A stretch of DNA of 63,071 nucleotides, filler included, from Octopus bimaculoides (Eukaryota), in NCBI RefSeq assembly GCF_001194135.2. It is 5 parts of 4 records of this genome, joined end to end, with 100 filler letters (N's around TTAATTAATTAA, not from the genome) between each part and the next. Parts side by side here need not be neighbours in the genome. Positions count along the whole stretch, not along the records: positions 11,036 to 24,998 come from NC_068986.1; 4 more parts are not named here. One strand, 5' to 3'. The notes beneath the pieces are model-generated. The model was not told the origin of the DNA and searched no databases. It saw only the letters and a list, made by a program, of their open reading frames with translations. This document shows, piece after piece, positions 11,176 through 23,995 of the stretch (position 1 is its first letter; every line of letters starts with the position of its first letter). A program made the position numbers and the translations under genes.

Positions 11176-11784
11176 TTTCGTTTATCATGTTCAGGTACGT
11201 GTGTATGCACCATTATTTTATTTACTTTATTCAATTTTAGAAAAATTGCAGCCAATCTTTGATAATTCCGGACCATATTGAACTTATTTTGTGCGTGTAC
11301 TTTTGCCCCACCCAGCACAAACTTTACTGGTAATGCTACACGTTATGCTAAATATGTTACTGAGATTGAGGACATTGTGGTAATAATTATTTATATTTCC
11401 TTAATGCTCTAATTAACATGAACTTGTTTTAGTATGATTAATGTACTAATTAACCACATATATACGTATCAGTTCTGTCCTTTAGTTTAATAAAACTTCC
11501 AGTTAATGAATATTAGTTTAATGAATTTTGAGTCTAAAAGTTACATCTTTCATATTTGGAATGTAATCGAAACTTGTACGTGAAATTTCATTGATTCCTT
11601 ACTTAATAAGAAGAGGTGCTCAACTTTAATTGCCACTACTGTTTATCTTCATGTCATCTATACCGTAAATTCCCATTTACTTCATACCTACGTCAAAGAT
11701 AAAAGTATAATTATTGCGGAATTTAAAGATCTCTCTGGAGCAGAAATTAGTTTTCAATATTTCAATCTACTATAAGACGGCATG

Positions 11785-11950
11785 TTGGCAGAATCGTTAG
11801 CACACCGAACAAACAACATAGCGAACTTTCGTCCGTTATTTTGTTCTGATTTGAAATTGCACGACTTTGTCTTTCATCCTTTTGAAGTCGATAAGATACG
11901 TACCAGTTGATCACTAGAGTCGCTGTAACTGACTTACCTCTTCCCCCAAA
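11785..11950 (+). mobile_element. SINE family B (GGCAGAATCGTTAG...GACTTTGCCTTTCATCC...GATAA..AAGTACCAGT); further copies ~16400-16500(+), ~25910-26100(+), ~44078-44285(+), ~51050-51240(-)
   Basis: The same core motif recurs in at least five places in the window. Confidence 0.7.
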
Positions 11951-11960
11951 ATGTAACACG

Positions 11961-12002
<42 letters not shown>

Positions 12003-12189
12003 GTTGTTGTTGTTGTTGTTGTTGTTATTATTATTGTTGTTGTTGTTGTTGTTGTTGTTATTGTTGTCGTTGTTGTTGTCGTCATCGTCATCGTCATCGT
12101 TGTCGCTGTTATTGCTGTTGCTGATATCGGACGTGTCTTCGAACGCTCCAAGTAAGTTCGTTTTTAAAACTTTTGTTTATAGCAGTTTG

Positions 12190-12763
12190 GTGACGCTGTT
12201 TCGTTGTACATTTGTTCCAAATTGTTAATAGAAACATCAGGAACCCGTCACTGTTTTTTCTTTGTTTGTTTAGCCCCTCGCCGGGCTATATTCGGCCCAC
12301 CGAATAAATTTGGTGGGCGTGAAATCACTTACCATTCAACAAGATGGCGGAGCGCATCTTGAAAGGATTAGGGAAAAAAACTGCCCCTCCAGTTCTTGTA
12401 ACGTGTGGGTAAAAGGAGAAGTACTTCTCCCGCCACCCAGTAAAGTTTTCTGCAAGCTGGGTGAATGTTGCGAAAATGGCTCGTGTGAATGGGCCAACTC
12501 TGAATATTCGCCTGTAAGCCGGATCAGTTGAGGAGAAGACGGGTGCCTACCAGGCGTGTCCTTGGCACTCGGGAGGACCAGGATGTGGTGGGTGATCTGG
12601 TTGGCCTGGGTGGAACTCCTCACTATTGGGGAATTTTGCTGTTTTATTTTTAACTGTTTTCTTTTTATTGTCTATGTTTTCTGTTTTAAATCCCACTTGT
12701 CCCTTGTTTTGTCTTGTCCCTAACTTTTTTGTTTTCGGTCCTTGTGGCCAATAAAGAAAGGAC

Positions 12764-12765
<2 letters not shown>
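12190..12765 (+). mobile_element. Tx1/L1-like LINE 3' end with 3' UTR and (TAT)n tail
   Basis: Decayed ORF end (...FSASWVNVAKMARVNGPTLNIRL*), T-rich UTR ending GGCCAATAAAGAAAG + (TAT)n; the same terminus closes 37150-38010. Confidence 0.55.
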
Positions 12766-12799
<34 letters not shown>

Positions 12800-12818
<19 letters not shown>

Positions 12819-13640
12819 TTAATATGGATCAAGTTCGATTTTTTCTGGTAGGATTTATGTGGGTAGCAGGTAACTACCTGTAAACGTAGGTATCAACAAG
12901 TTTTCGGCACTCTTTCAAGTGCTTAGAACCCTCCTGATAATCCTTGCTGTCCTCAGGAGACAAACTTTCTGCAGGAGCTCTACCGGGCATTCTATTCCAA
13001 TCTCCTTCAGCCAGCTGTCTATATTTATGGTTACTGTTCCCAACGCACTAATTATTATAGGCACGTTCTTTAGTACTCTCATGCTCCAAATTCTTCCTAT
13101 TTCAAATTTAATGGGATTGTATTTTTTTTAATCTTCTTTCTTTACAATCCTGAAATCAAACGGGTATATCGATTAGTAGGCAACTTCGCTTTTCCTCACC
13201 TATAATTGTTATGTCCAGTCAATTTATTTTTTAACTTCTTTACGTTTGAATAGGAAAGTCCCATAAAATCTTGCATTTCTCCGACTCTAGTACACTTTCG
13301 ACTCCATGATTGTACCATGTCAGCTTCAAACCCCAATTTCTGGCACAGTTCCCAGTGCAAGACTTTTACATCCTGGTCGTGCCACCATTTCTTATATTAT
13401 TCCTGTGCCACATACTTCCACAACGTCTCGTTCCTAGTTCACAGGCTCTACCTTTTTCTGACATATTTTCTCCATATGTATTGTTTCTCAAGTTGTGTTC
13501 TTATTGCTTGATCTTGGGCTGCTACAATTCGGCTTTCTGTTTCTTTTATGAATTGCCCCTTTTTCAACCAAGCCCAGGATTTTGTTGTGAGAGAGTAATG
13601 CATGCCATCAAAGTGACACTGCATTAAAATATAAGAAGCC
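12800..13640 (-). mobile_element. R4/Dong-like (RLE) non-LTR retrotransposon 3' fragment
   Basis: Minus strand encodes VPIIISALGTV..NIDSWLKEIGIECPVELLQKVCLLRTARIIRRVLST* followed by a (TAA)n tail, the C-terminus typical of RLE-type elements. Confidence 0.75.
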
Positions 13641-14229
13641 TAATATATTCATCATGACTACCTTTCTGTTGTCACGTGTAGGATGGATCCGGTTATCAGC
13701 AGAATCCATTGTGAGGATCGCTCCGCTGCCTTCCTTTGGGCAGGAGGGAAAGGCAGTTTCCTTCTGCCTGGTTGCTACAGCGAAAGATCACAACCACATG
13801 TGCCTGACATCAAGATAAACAACGCATGAACTTTCAGGTGGGGTCCAGTTAGTATTATATACAGGACGAGTAGTACTACACAAAAGGTCCTTGATTAAGG
13901 ATTGTTTAGGAATGATGAAGGAGACGCCAATTTTTCCAGTAGTGAATTATTGAAACCCCAAAGAATTCCTCTCAGCACATGGCTGTGATGCTCCCTTTAC
14001 TCCTGCTCGTGATCAGAGATGCACATATCAGCCACGAAGAGACATGCTCAACTGGTTATGGTCAAGCAACTGACAAGCAAATCTACGGTATTGAGCAGAA
14101 TATTTGCCTCAGCCCATTTTTTATACCAAACCAAACATGTGCATTGTAACACTTCCAATCGCACAACGGAGCGCAGTTCTGTGAGTGAAGATATTGCTGT
14201 TAGCTTTTTTGGTTATTTATTTGTCAGCA

Positions 14230-15650
14230 TGTTTTTTTATCACTTCTAATACCCTTAATATTCTAGGGATTGTTTGTATTTTAAAGCTCCACATTAGAGT
14301 TATCTATACTTCTTCATCTCTGTATTAGAATTTACTCCGTTTCATATATACCTTGTAATTTGTTGAGATTGATACGTCCATTAGAAGGCCTTTTTCTTGG
14401 TGATCTCTGACAATTATATCCTGTCTGTTACCCTTGACCTCTCTATCTATATTGGCACACCCCACGGTATGGTTGCTTTGTTATTTTCTGAGACCTTTTT
14501 CTTGGATATGTCTATATCATCATTTTTCGGCTGACATCCTACAGTGCTGGTATAGCTCCGAATGTATATAGGTCCCGATTCTGTCATGTCTGTGTGGATA
14601 TATTCTTTCTTAACCAGGACTGGTAAGCCAAAGACAATATGATTTACTGTTTCTTCCCCGTCACCGCATATTCTGCAGTTACTTATTGCATTTTTCTTCA
14701 CCATATATTTCTGGTGGCTTCTGGTGGAGAGCTTTTGATCATGTGCCGCAATTAAAAACCCTTCAATTTTTGCTTTGAGTCCTGAACTTCTCAACGAGTG
14801 TTGGGATTTTAACTTGTCTATTTCTTCTCTGTTTAGCTTATCCCAATATTTGCTAAGTAAGGGCTTTTCTGGCTATTGTTTTATTATGGTATTTTGTAGT
14901 TCCAGTTTTAGCTTAGAGTTTATTTATTTCACAGCTTTTACTGTTTGTTTTCTTCATAGTTATCAGGTATTGTATCATATTTCTGGTATTCTTCAGCTTT
15001 CTTGAAGATAAAAAATTGTTTATGTAATCCTATGGTGTATAATTTATAGCACTTTTCTAATTGTATAAGGCCGTTAGCGTCTTCAGTTTGTAGTATATAC
15101 AACCTGTCCATGTCAAATTTTCCTGGTGTGTTTTAAATTTCGTTATTATTTTTCTTGTTTCCCTGTCTACTTTGGTTAGTTCATTTAGTGTCCAATTAAG
15201 AATATGGTAACTATAACTAATAATTGGGACAGCTACAGTATTTATACATGTTGTCTTCGTTTTCGCATTAAGCTGTTTTAAGTATTAATCTAACTCCTCT
15301 ATGATATTCCTTCCTTACATTTTCTTTCATTTGTGTGTGTTGTGCTGCATCTAGTTCAAATATTCCTAAGTATTTATATGTCTGGGTTTGGTTTAAATCT
15401 CTTATTTCATTTACTTCATCTAGTATTATATATTACTCTTAACTAGTTTACCTGTTTTCAAGGTTGATTTGTCACATTTTTCTAAGCCGAATTTCATATT
15501 TACTTCTTTGATAAATCCATGTGCTGTCTGTAGTAATGTTTCCTGTTGTTTATCATTGGTTGTATACAGCTTTAGATAACCCATATACTATAGATGGTTG
15601 ATAATTTTACCATAGACGTTGTATGTCGGTTAAAGGCGTCAGTATCAGGC
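14230..15650 (-). mobile_element. R4/Dong-like retrotransposon RT, CCHC and RLE fragment (degenerate)
   Basis: Decayed YMDDLKLY-like segment, MKFGLEKC, YKYLGI, SSGLKAKIEGFLIAAHDQ, CRICGDGEETVNHIVFG (CCHC knuckle), ENNKATIPW. Confidence 0.8.
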
Positions 15651-15865
15651 AGAAAATGAGTGGAGAGAGAGAGTCTTCATGGATTATTCATTTTCTAATG
15701 TAATAGATTGTTTCACCGTTTTGTATTTTATCTGTAGCTGCAGAACCGTTTGCCATTTATTCATTGTCTGTTTTATTTATTTTATTATTGTTAGTACTAC
15801 CTTGTTCATGGCTAGTGTTTCTATGATCTATATGCGTGGGATACTGTCAAGAGCCTTTCGGCTAT

Positions 15866-16230
15866 TATTATCATTATTATTTTGGTTTGGTTCAGGTTCG
15901 GTTTTTTCCTGGTAGAATTTTTGTGGGTAGCGGATTACTACCTGCAACCTTAGGTATCTACAAGTTTTCTGCACTCTTTTAAGTGCGTAGAACCCTCCCG
16001 ATAATCCTTGCAGTCCCTAAGAGACGAACTTTCTGTAGGAGTTCTACCGGGTATTTTATTCCAATCTGCTTTAGTCATTTGTCTATATCTTTGCTTACTG
16101 TTCCCAACGCACCAATTATTATAGGCACGACCTTTACTGTTCTCATGTTCCAACTTTTTCCTATTTCAAATTTTAAGAGATTGTATTATTTTTTCTTCTT
16201 TCTTTACGATCCTGGAATCAAAAAGATATG
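15866..16230 (-). mobile_element. R4/Dong-like 3' fragment, second copy of the 12800 family
   Basis: Homologous to 12800-13170 (VVPIIIGALGTVSKDIDKWLKQIGIKYPVELLQKVRLLGTARIIGRVLRT*), with a TAA-like tail. Confidence 0.75.
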
Positions 16231-17425
16231 TTGGCTCCGTTACTAAGCATTCCTGGAATCAAAGGGCATGATGGACCAATTAGTAAACACATGGGAATCA
16301 AACGGGCATAATGGATCGATTGATATTATTATTATTATTGCTGCTGCTGTTATTGTTGGTGGTGGTGTTTTTGTACGTGTTATTGTTGAGCCAGTGTATT
16401 GCCAGAATCGTTAGTACGCCGGGTAAACTGCTTCGTTGTGAGTTCAAATTCCGCCGAAGTCGACTTTGCCATTCATCCCTTCGGGGTTGATAAAATAAGT
16501 GGATCTAGTTTTTCTTTCATTCGCAGAATATGCATTTTTTAAAAGGAAGTAAAAAATCTGAAAATCGGCAATAGTAATGTAGCCTTCTAGTCTCATTGCT
16601 TTGAACGTATGATATTGTGGAGAACAAAATTGGTAAAAAAGATACAGAGGTTTAAAAATTAAAAAAAACTGTGTATTTTTAACTAATAGCGAGGCAAATT
16701 TTCTGCGTTTAGCGGAGCGGTGTCAGCTTTAAGGTTGTACCCTGTGAAATTTGTAGTTTAGCGTCGGACCTGGTCATTGTAGGTTTCTAAATAAACAGAA
16801 ATACCTAAGAAAATCAACATGTATCATCTTACTGTTTCTTTTGTCTCTTCATTGATTGTATGTTTTTATCATTTTTTAAATTTGTTATATGAATATATTT
16901 GTCTGTAAGTGTTTACTTTGTGTGTACATCATTAATATATAATATATAAGTGCATGTGTGTGTATGTGTGTGTGTGAAAATGGGACGTCTGTCTCCGAAA
17001 CACCAAAGTTGAATAACGATTTCATACTTCGATTTGTAAACTACTATAAGAATAACACTGGTCAACAAAGATTTGTCCAAAAGAAAAGAATACCTGTATC
17101 TTATATGCCTTTGCATGCACAATTCAAAATAATGTCAAATTATCTGTATCACCCACAGTTTCTCTGTTCCACGATATCCCTTTCAGTTCCTGTTACGTGG
17201 GCTAAATTTCAGTTAGGCTGTTGAAAGATGAAGCTAACGGTTCAAGAAATGCTCCTAATTAAAATTTTTATGAATAGAATTAACCTGGTGAAATCATGAA
17301 TCCAGCTATCTGAGTCAATGAGTCCCCAAAATATATGGAATGAAAAATATGTAAAAATACTAAGTGTGAAAAATCAACATAGACAACAGCGGAACAGACA
17401 ACAGCGAACCACAACATAGCGTGCG

Positions 17426-17471
17426 GTTGTCATGGTAACAAGCTGCTGATGCCACGCTGTCTGATGATTGG
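17426..17471. promoter_or_regulatory. Candidate RFX X-box (GTTGTCATGGTAAC) with nearby reverse CCAAT box
   Basis: 14-bp match to the X-box palindrome GTTGCCATGGCAAC with 2 mismatches; ATTGG at 17467-17471. Motif match only. Confidence 0.35.
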
Positions 17472-18529
17472 CTAAAATTACCCAAATTTCCCAACTCTAA
17501 TTCCAAATAACATCAGATTCTTTAATTTACGAGATAAAGTAATTGATTGATCGTAATCAAAATTCAGAGTTGCATCGATAAACCAAATTGAAAGCAATCT
17601 GAGCAAAATTAAGTGGGGCTCATTTTGCGAAGAGACAGACTAGATCCAAATAAGTACTACTTCCTCGAACTTGCTGGCTTTGTGCCAAAATTTGAAGCCA
17701 TTCTTCTTCTTCTTCTTCTTCTTCTTCTTCTTCTTCTTCTTCTTCTTCTTCTACAAGAAGAGTTGAAAATTTTGCATAACCCTCTTCTAAAAGTTATCCC
17801 TCCAGGTGTGATGAGACCTAAGGCTCGAGGTCACAAATATTGCTACGGTCGTTGACATCCAGTCCTTGTCACTATTGCCGTTCAGTATCAGCAGGTGATG
17901 AGAGCGGCAGAAACGAGTAGCATGCTTTGGTTGATATCTGCATGGAAATGAAGGGTCTAATATTTTCTGTAAACTACAAGGCTATCCCGGAGTTGTACTG
18001 TAATGCGTAGCCTGAGAAAAAGGCAAACTGGTTGTATAGAAGTAAGAATCACTTCATTATTCGTTTTAGAAAAATAGGAAATGTAGGAAAGAAAAAGTTG
18101 GGAAGCAGGGGAGGCAAGACTAAGAATAGGAAAATAATAAGAGAGACAACATTACGTTATAACATTATTATCTTTTACTTTGTTTTTTTTTTTCAAATTT
18201 CAAATATTTAAAATTCATGATATTTCTCTTGCGGACTAGGTGCTTGATAGCAAAAAGTAAATTCTGGGTTGGAAAAAATATTATACTATAGATATTTGTA
18301 TGAAAAATATAAGCCTTAACAATTTCATAGAGAATAATCAATAATCACTGACCTACATTACTTATAGACGAATCCAGAAACATAGGTGGCAGAACATATA
18401 CTTCATATGAACAATTTGTTTCTGTAGTACCTTATTCTACACCTAATTTGAATATTCACCCCTTTTCGTTCAAAACACGGAAGAAAAATCAAATACATAC
18501 ATGTATGTATATACAAAAATATATAGTCG

Positions 18530-19079
18530 CAGGCGTGGCTGCGAGCATGTAATTAAGTAAGTAGTTTCCTTACCAACCACATGGTTCCGAGTTCAGTCCC
18601 ACTGCGTGGCACATTCGGTAAGTGTCTTCTACTATAGCCTCGGGCCAACCAAAGCCTTGTGAGTGGATTTGGTAGACGGAAGCTGAAAGAACCCCGTCGT
18701 ATANNNNNNNNNNNNNNNNNNNNNNNNNNNNNNNNNNNNNNNNNNNNNNNNNNNNNNNNNNNNNNNNNNNNNNNNNNNNNNNNNNNNNNNNNNNNNNNNN
18801 NNNNNNNNNNNNNNNNNNNNNNNNNNNNNNNNNNNNNNNNNNNNTGTATGTATGTATGTGTATGTGTGTTTGTGTCTCTGTGTTTGTCACCCCAACATCG
18901 CTTGACAACCGATGCTGACATGTTTACATACCCGTAACCTAGTGGTTTGGCAAAGAGACCGATATAATAAGTACTAGGCGTACAAAGAATAAGTCCTGGG
19001 GTCGATTTATCCGATTAAAGGCGGTGCTCTAGCATGGCCGCAGTTAACCGACTGAAACAAGTAAAAGAGTAAAAGAGTA
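18530..19079 (+). mobile_element. tRNA-derived SINE family A (gapped)
   Basis: Pol III A/B-box-like head (GTGGCTG..., GAGTTCAGTCCC), central microsatellite in the gap, tail ending GTAAAAGAGTAAAAGAGTA. Confidence 0.85.
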
Positions 19080-19687
19080 TATATATATATATATATATAA
19101 TATATTATATATCAACATACGAAGACAGAAAGTGTCACTGCGGAGGTCACAGATGAGTGACGAAACATTTCCGGACAATGGAAGTGAGTTAGAATAAGAG
19201 CAGTAATAAACGAGTCAAGAACAAATATATAGTGCGAGTGTTTATTTAGCGAAAAAAATGACCATCCCGAAATACAATATATATATACACATATAAAGAA
19301 AATAAGAAGGTAGAAAATGCTAAAATAATTTACTATGAAGTACATTTTAGTACCGGTTTCCGCCATTTTAGACTTTTTAAACTAAGAGTAAAATAACAAA
19401 AACAATTAAATTGGAGAAAAAAGTTTAGTGAAATGTTTTGTGGATATTTTCATAATCATTGAATAGGTAAATATTTCCATAGTTTTCAGGCAGTCTGTCT
19501 CTCTTTCTGTTCCTTTTTAGGTAGGTATGTAGGTAGTAGTAGTAAATTAGAAGGAATAGTTTGGGTACAGACAGTTGATGGTTTAAGCAGTCGGTGCGAT
19601 AGCCAGAACCTCCTGGAAAATAACCATAGCGAGAGACATTCCACAGTTGAATTAGAACAGTCACAAACAGTGAAAGAAGACATGCAC

Positions 19688-19859
19688 CCAACACCAGAGC
19701 TGAAGACACCTCCGAAAGGAGGTGGCCCCGCCACGTCAGAACGGTAGATGAGTAGGGGCCGAAACCGGACGTGGTTCCTCCTGATGATGTCTTCAGCTAA
19801 CTGGATCCTATAAAGGAGCTGTTGTGGTAGCAGACCACGAAACATGGTTGAAATTCCTC
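19688..19859 (+). mobile_element. Penelope-like/retrozyme-like short repeat with degenerate hammerhead motifs (copy 2)
   Basis: CTGAAGA (19700), hairpin CACCTCC-GAAA-GGAGGTG, GGCCCC...GGGGCC-GAAAC, then CTGATGA (19781)...CGAAAC (19838). Confidence 0.55.
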
Positions 19860-21938
19860 CTACTTTGTCACAAAATATAAACCTCTATTGAATTCCACCA
19901 CCACATATGGAACTACAACAAGAATTTAGAACATTCCTACCACTACCGCTACGACCACAACAGGTCACTTTTAGGTCATTTGACTATTAGAGAAGATCCC
20001 ACGAACAATTTACTGCGGCACAGCACTCCTACATTTTTCTTTTCTTTTCTTTCTCCTTCTTCCTCCTTTTTTCCTACTCCAACTTCTCTTCCTTCTTCTT
20101 CTTCTCCTTCAACTCCGCCTCCTCCTTGTCTCCCTCCCCTAACTCNNNNNNNNNNNNNNNNNNNNNNNNNNNNNNNNNNNNNNNNNNNNNNNNNNNNNNN
20201 NNNNNNNNNNNNNNNNNNNNNNNNNNNNNNNNNNNNNNNNNNNNNNNNNNNNNNNNNNNNNNNNNNNNNNNNNNNNNNNNNNNNNNNNNNNNNNNNNNNN
20301 NNNNNNNNNNNNNNNNNNNNNNNNNNNNNNNNNNNNNNNNNNNNNNNNNNNNNNNNNNNNNNNNNNNNNNNNNNNNNNNNNNNNNNNNNNNNNNNNNNNN
20401 NNNNNNNNNNNNNNNNNNNNNNNNNNNNNNNNNNNNNNNNNNNNNNNNNNNNNNNNNNNNNNNNNNNNNNNNNNNNNNNNNNNNNNNNNNNNNNNNNNNN
20501 NNNNNNNNNNNNNNNNNNNNNNNNNNNNNNNNNNNNNNNNNNNNNNNNNNNNNNNNNNNNNNNNNNNNNNNNNNNNNNNNNNNNNNNNNNNNNNNNNNNN
20601 NNNNNNNNNNNNNNNNNNNNNNNNNNNNNNNNNNNNNNNNNNNNNNNNNNNNNNNNNNNNNNNNNNNNNNNNNNNNNNNNNNNNNNNNNNNNNNNNNNNN
20701 NNNNNNNNNNNNNNNNNNNNNNNNNNNNNNNNNNNNNNNNNNNNNNNNNNNNNNNNNNNNNNNNNNNNNNNNNNNNNNNNNNNNNNNNNNNNNNNNNNNN
20801 NNNNNNNNNNNNNNNNNNNNNNNNNNNNNNNNNNNNNNNNNNNNNNNNNNNNNNNNNNNNNNNNNNNNNNNNNNNNNNNNNNNNNNNNNNNNNNNNNNNN
20901 NNNNNNNNNNNNNNNNNNNNNNNNNNNNNNNNNNNNNNNNNNNNNNNNNNNNNNNNNNNNNNNNNNNNNNNNNNNNNNNNNNNNNNNNNNNNNNNNNNNN
21001 NNNNNNNNNNNNNNNNNNNNNNNNNNNNNNNNNNNNNNNNNNNNNNNNNNNNNNNNNNNNNNNNNNNNNNNNNNNNNNNNNNNNNNNNNNNNNNNNNNNN
21101 NNNNNNNNNNNNNNNNATATATATATATATATAGGGAGAGAATGACAATAATCATGTTCCTAACTCGATAACTCTATACAACACAATTAGATCTTGTGTC
21201 TTATCATCTCGGTCAACTCTGAAGCAACGTTTAGTTACTGATTTTATTCTGAGATATAATGTATACATCTACAAAACAACGTCTGTTTATCGATCCTAGT
21301 TAAGTGGCTGAAGATGTCTCTCTTTGCTTAGTATACAATTTCCCTGCCAGCTGACAGACGTGCAATAACTATGTCAATCTATCCAAACTAATATAGATAT
21401 TTGGAAGTAATTTTCTACACTAGTCGCTCAATTACATTCACAATTTAGCGTATCTCATGAGTGTCTGGTCAACATCAGTACATATTTCATTCTCTCTATA
21501 TATTTATTTTCCTTGTAATGAAGCTTTTAACACGTCCAACTCCTCAGTCTTGACCTATAACCTGGTATTTTGCGTCTTGTTAGAATATGAAAGGTAACTT
21601 TTCCATCGTGGTATATTCTGCATATGTGATGATTATTAAGTTTGCAGTGGTTTGAAAATAAGTTGGAGATGAATTGTATTGTCTGCAAAATCGATATTGA
21701 GTAATTTTTCTAAAGGAATGGAAACACACTCTCAATGCACATAATAGTTACTTCAGACATCTCGCGAAAGTTATGCAGCATGTATCAGTTATATATTTAG
21801 CACTACTTTACTGCAAGTATTTAAGTAATCCCTTCACACATGCACACACGTGCCCATACAGATACGCTCACGTACACGCATAAGCACACGTACACACACA
21901 CACAACCTCACAGTAACGGACAAAAATGTGTGTGTATA

Positions 21939-21971
<33 letters not shown>

Positions 21972-21981
21972 NNNNNNNNNN

Positions 21982-22013
<32 letters not shown>

Positions 22014-23828
22014 ATTAGGAAGTGAGAGTGATGCGCTGAAAAAAAAATGTGTATACACATGCATATATATATATGCATGTGTATATACATATATGTATGT
22101 ATATGCATATATATCTATGTACATATGTATGTACATGTATATAAATATATATATATATATATCTGTATGTGTCTATGTGTGTGTGTGTGTATGTGTGTGT
22201 TTGTATGCATTTCTGTATGTCTGTATGGAGGGGAGGGACAATTTGTTATTTGTGCATTTAAGTTCAAAACAAAGTTTACTATGTGAACCGTAGATATGAT
22301 TACATATATATAATCGATTCATAATTGATTACTATTCAATTGTCTAAAACGGTTGTAGACAAATGCTTGGAAGAGATTTATATACAAAACGCGACAGTCT
22401 TTAATTAAATTACACTCATTATTTTATCTTCCACAATATCTATTAAACAACAAATTTATTTTATTCGTAACTGAAATTCATTAGTGATGTTACTCAGGAA
22501 AAGTTAAATAGCGTGAAACACTGATTACTTATCTCCTCATTTCAATCACAAACAGATTACTGAAAATTATATTAGCATTCAACTTTATCATCAACTTCGA
22601 CCGTTAATCTTAACTTCGTAATTTTATTTACAACGAGAAAAAGGTATTAGGGACTGAAATAAACAAGGAAGTGGTGTCATGGGATGTATCTCAATACAAC
22701 TATACACGTTAGTATATCTTGGTATTAGAGATTACGGAAAAGACATAAAAAATCCTATTCGCTTTATTAAATGTTCTTCGAAGTCTAGGCTTTACCAATA
22801 TATCATGTGTTCTTCTACCCTTTGCGAAAGCATTCGATTAGAAAACACAAGAATTTTATTGTATTTACGATTAAGGTGCTTGCGGGCAAAGAATAAAGTT
22901 ATCTGAATGACATTGGGTGAGCAATAGATTTGCCAGAAATAGAAAAAAAAAAGAAAAAAAAAAGAAAACATAATATTAAAAATGAAAGATCGAAAGATAG
23001 AGCCATTGTTATAACATATACTCAATAACCAAACTGGTCTACTCTCAGCTGAAGTTATATATTAATAATAGGAAAATGAAGTCATATTAATTAATTTTAA
23101 CAAGTGGGTGTTTAAAAACTAAATACCTAATATGTGCCATGTTATTTTATGGAATTGGAACCATTCTGAAACTTTAAATAATGCAATCAACAAACTAACA
23201 GTAAATGAGTGAAGCAACAGCTCCGCTAGACGTCGGAGTAGGCCTCGAATGTACATAATGATAGAAGCCATTAAAAATATTACACAGTTGCACAACTATT
23301 TCTGATTTTTTAATTCTTTTTTTCAGAAATTCTACTTCACAAATGGAACCAGGTGCAAGGAGCAGTTAAAATATTTGCTCATTTAGATTTAAAAATCCTG
23401 AAATATCAAACACTGTGATATTCAGTAGTACATCAATAAGCAACTATAAAGACTTTTTCACATTTCTAAAATCTATGACATTTGAAATCTTGATAAAGCA
23501 CAAATATCTCTTGCGTGTAAAAATATGCTGGAAAAATATTTTAGTTCCCATAATTATTGAACGAAATATAAAAATGAAAATGTTCCTACAATGCTTAAAT
23601 ATATAGAACTGAAAACATACATGGAGAAACGCGTACCAAAATGAATACATACTGACGCACACTTTTCAGTACGTAATATCCATGACCGTTAATCCAACGA
23701 AAGATATTATTCCGAAAAGCCCACGAGGGAAAAAGAAACTTGTTTTATTAGACACAGGAATTTGTACAAAAATTGTGTGTATGTATGTACGTATGTATGT
23801 ACGTATGTATGCGTGTATGTATGCATGC

Positions 23829-23860
<32 letters not shown>

Positions 23861-23995
23861 CTCTCCCCCCTCTCTCTCTCTCCCCCCTCTCTCTCCCCCC
23901 CTCTCTCTCTCTCTCTCTATATATATATAGTACACACTCACGCACACACACACACGCACATACACACACACACATATATACATATATACATATAT

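Noticed and set aside
12344-12360. CAAGATGGCGG, a strong start-codon context that could be the RAB3GAP1 start
   Set aside because: It sits inside a Tx1-like LINE 3' fragment and the translation does not resemble RAB3GAP1.
17164-17218. Exon-like segment on the minus strand with a good acceptor
   Set aside because: Stops in all three frames and no link to a gene; could only be a non-coding exon, which cannot be tested here.
23327-23352. Possible exon EILLHKWNQ after a good polypyrimidine acceptor
   Set aside because: Only faint resemblance to RAB3GAP1 EEVLNDWK, weak donor (GTGCAA), and exon boundaries do not match; unsupported.
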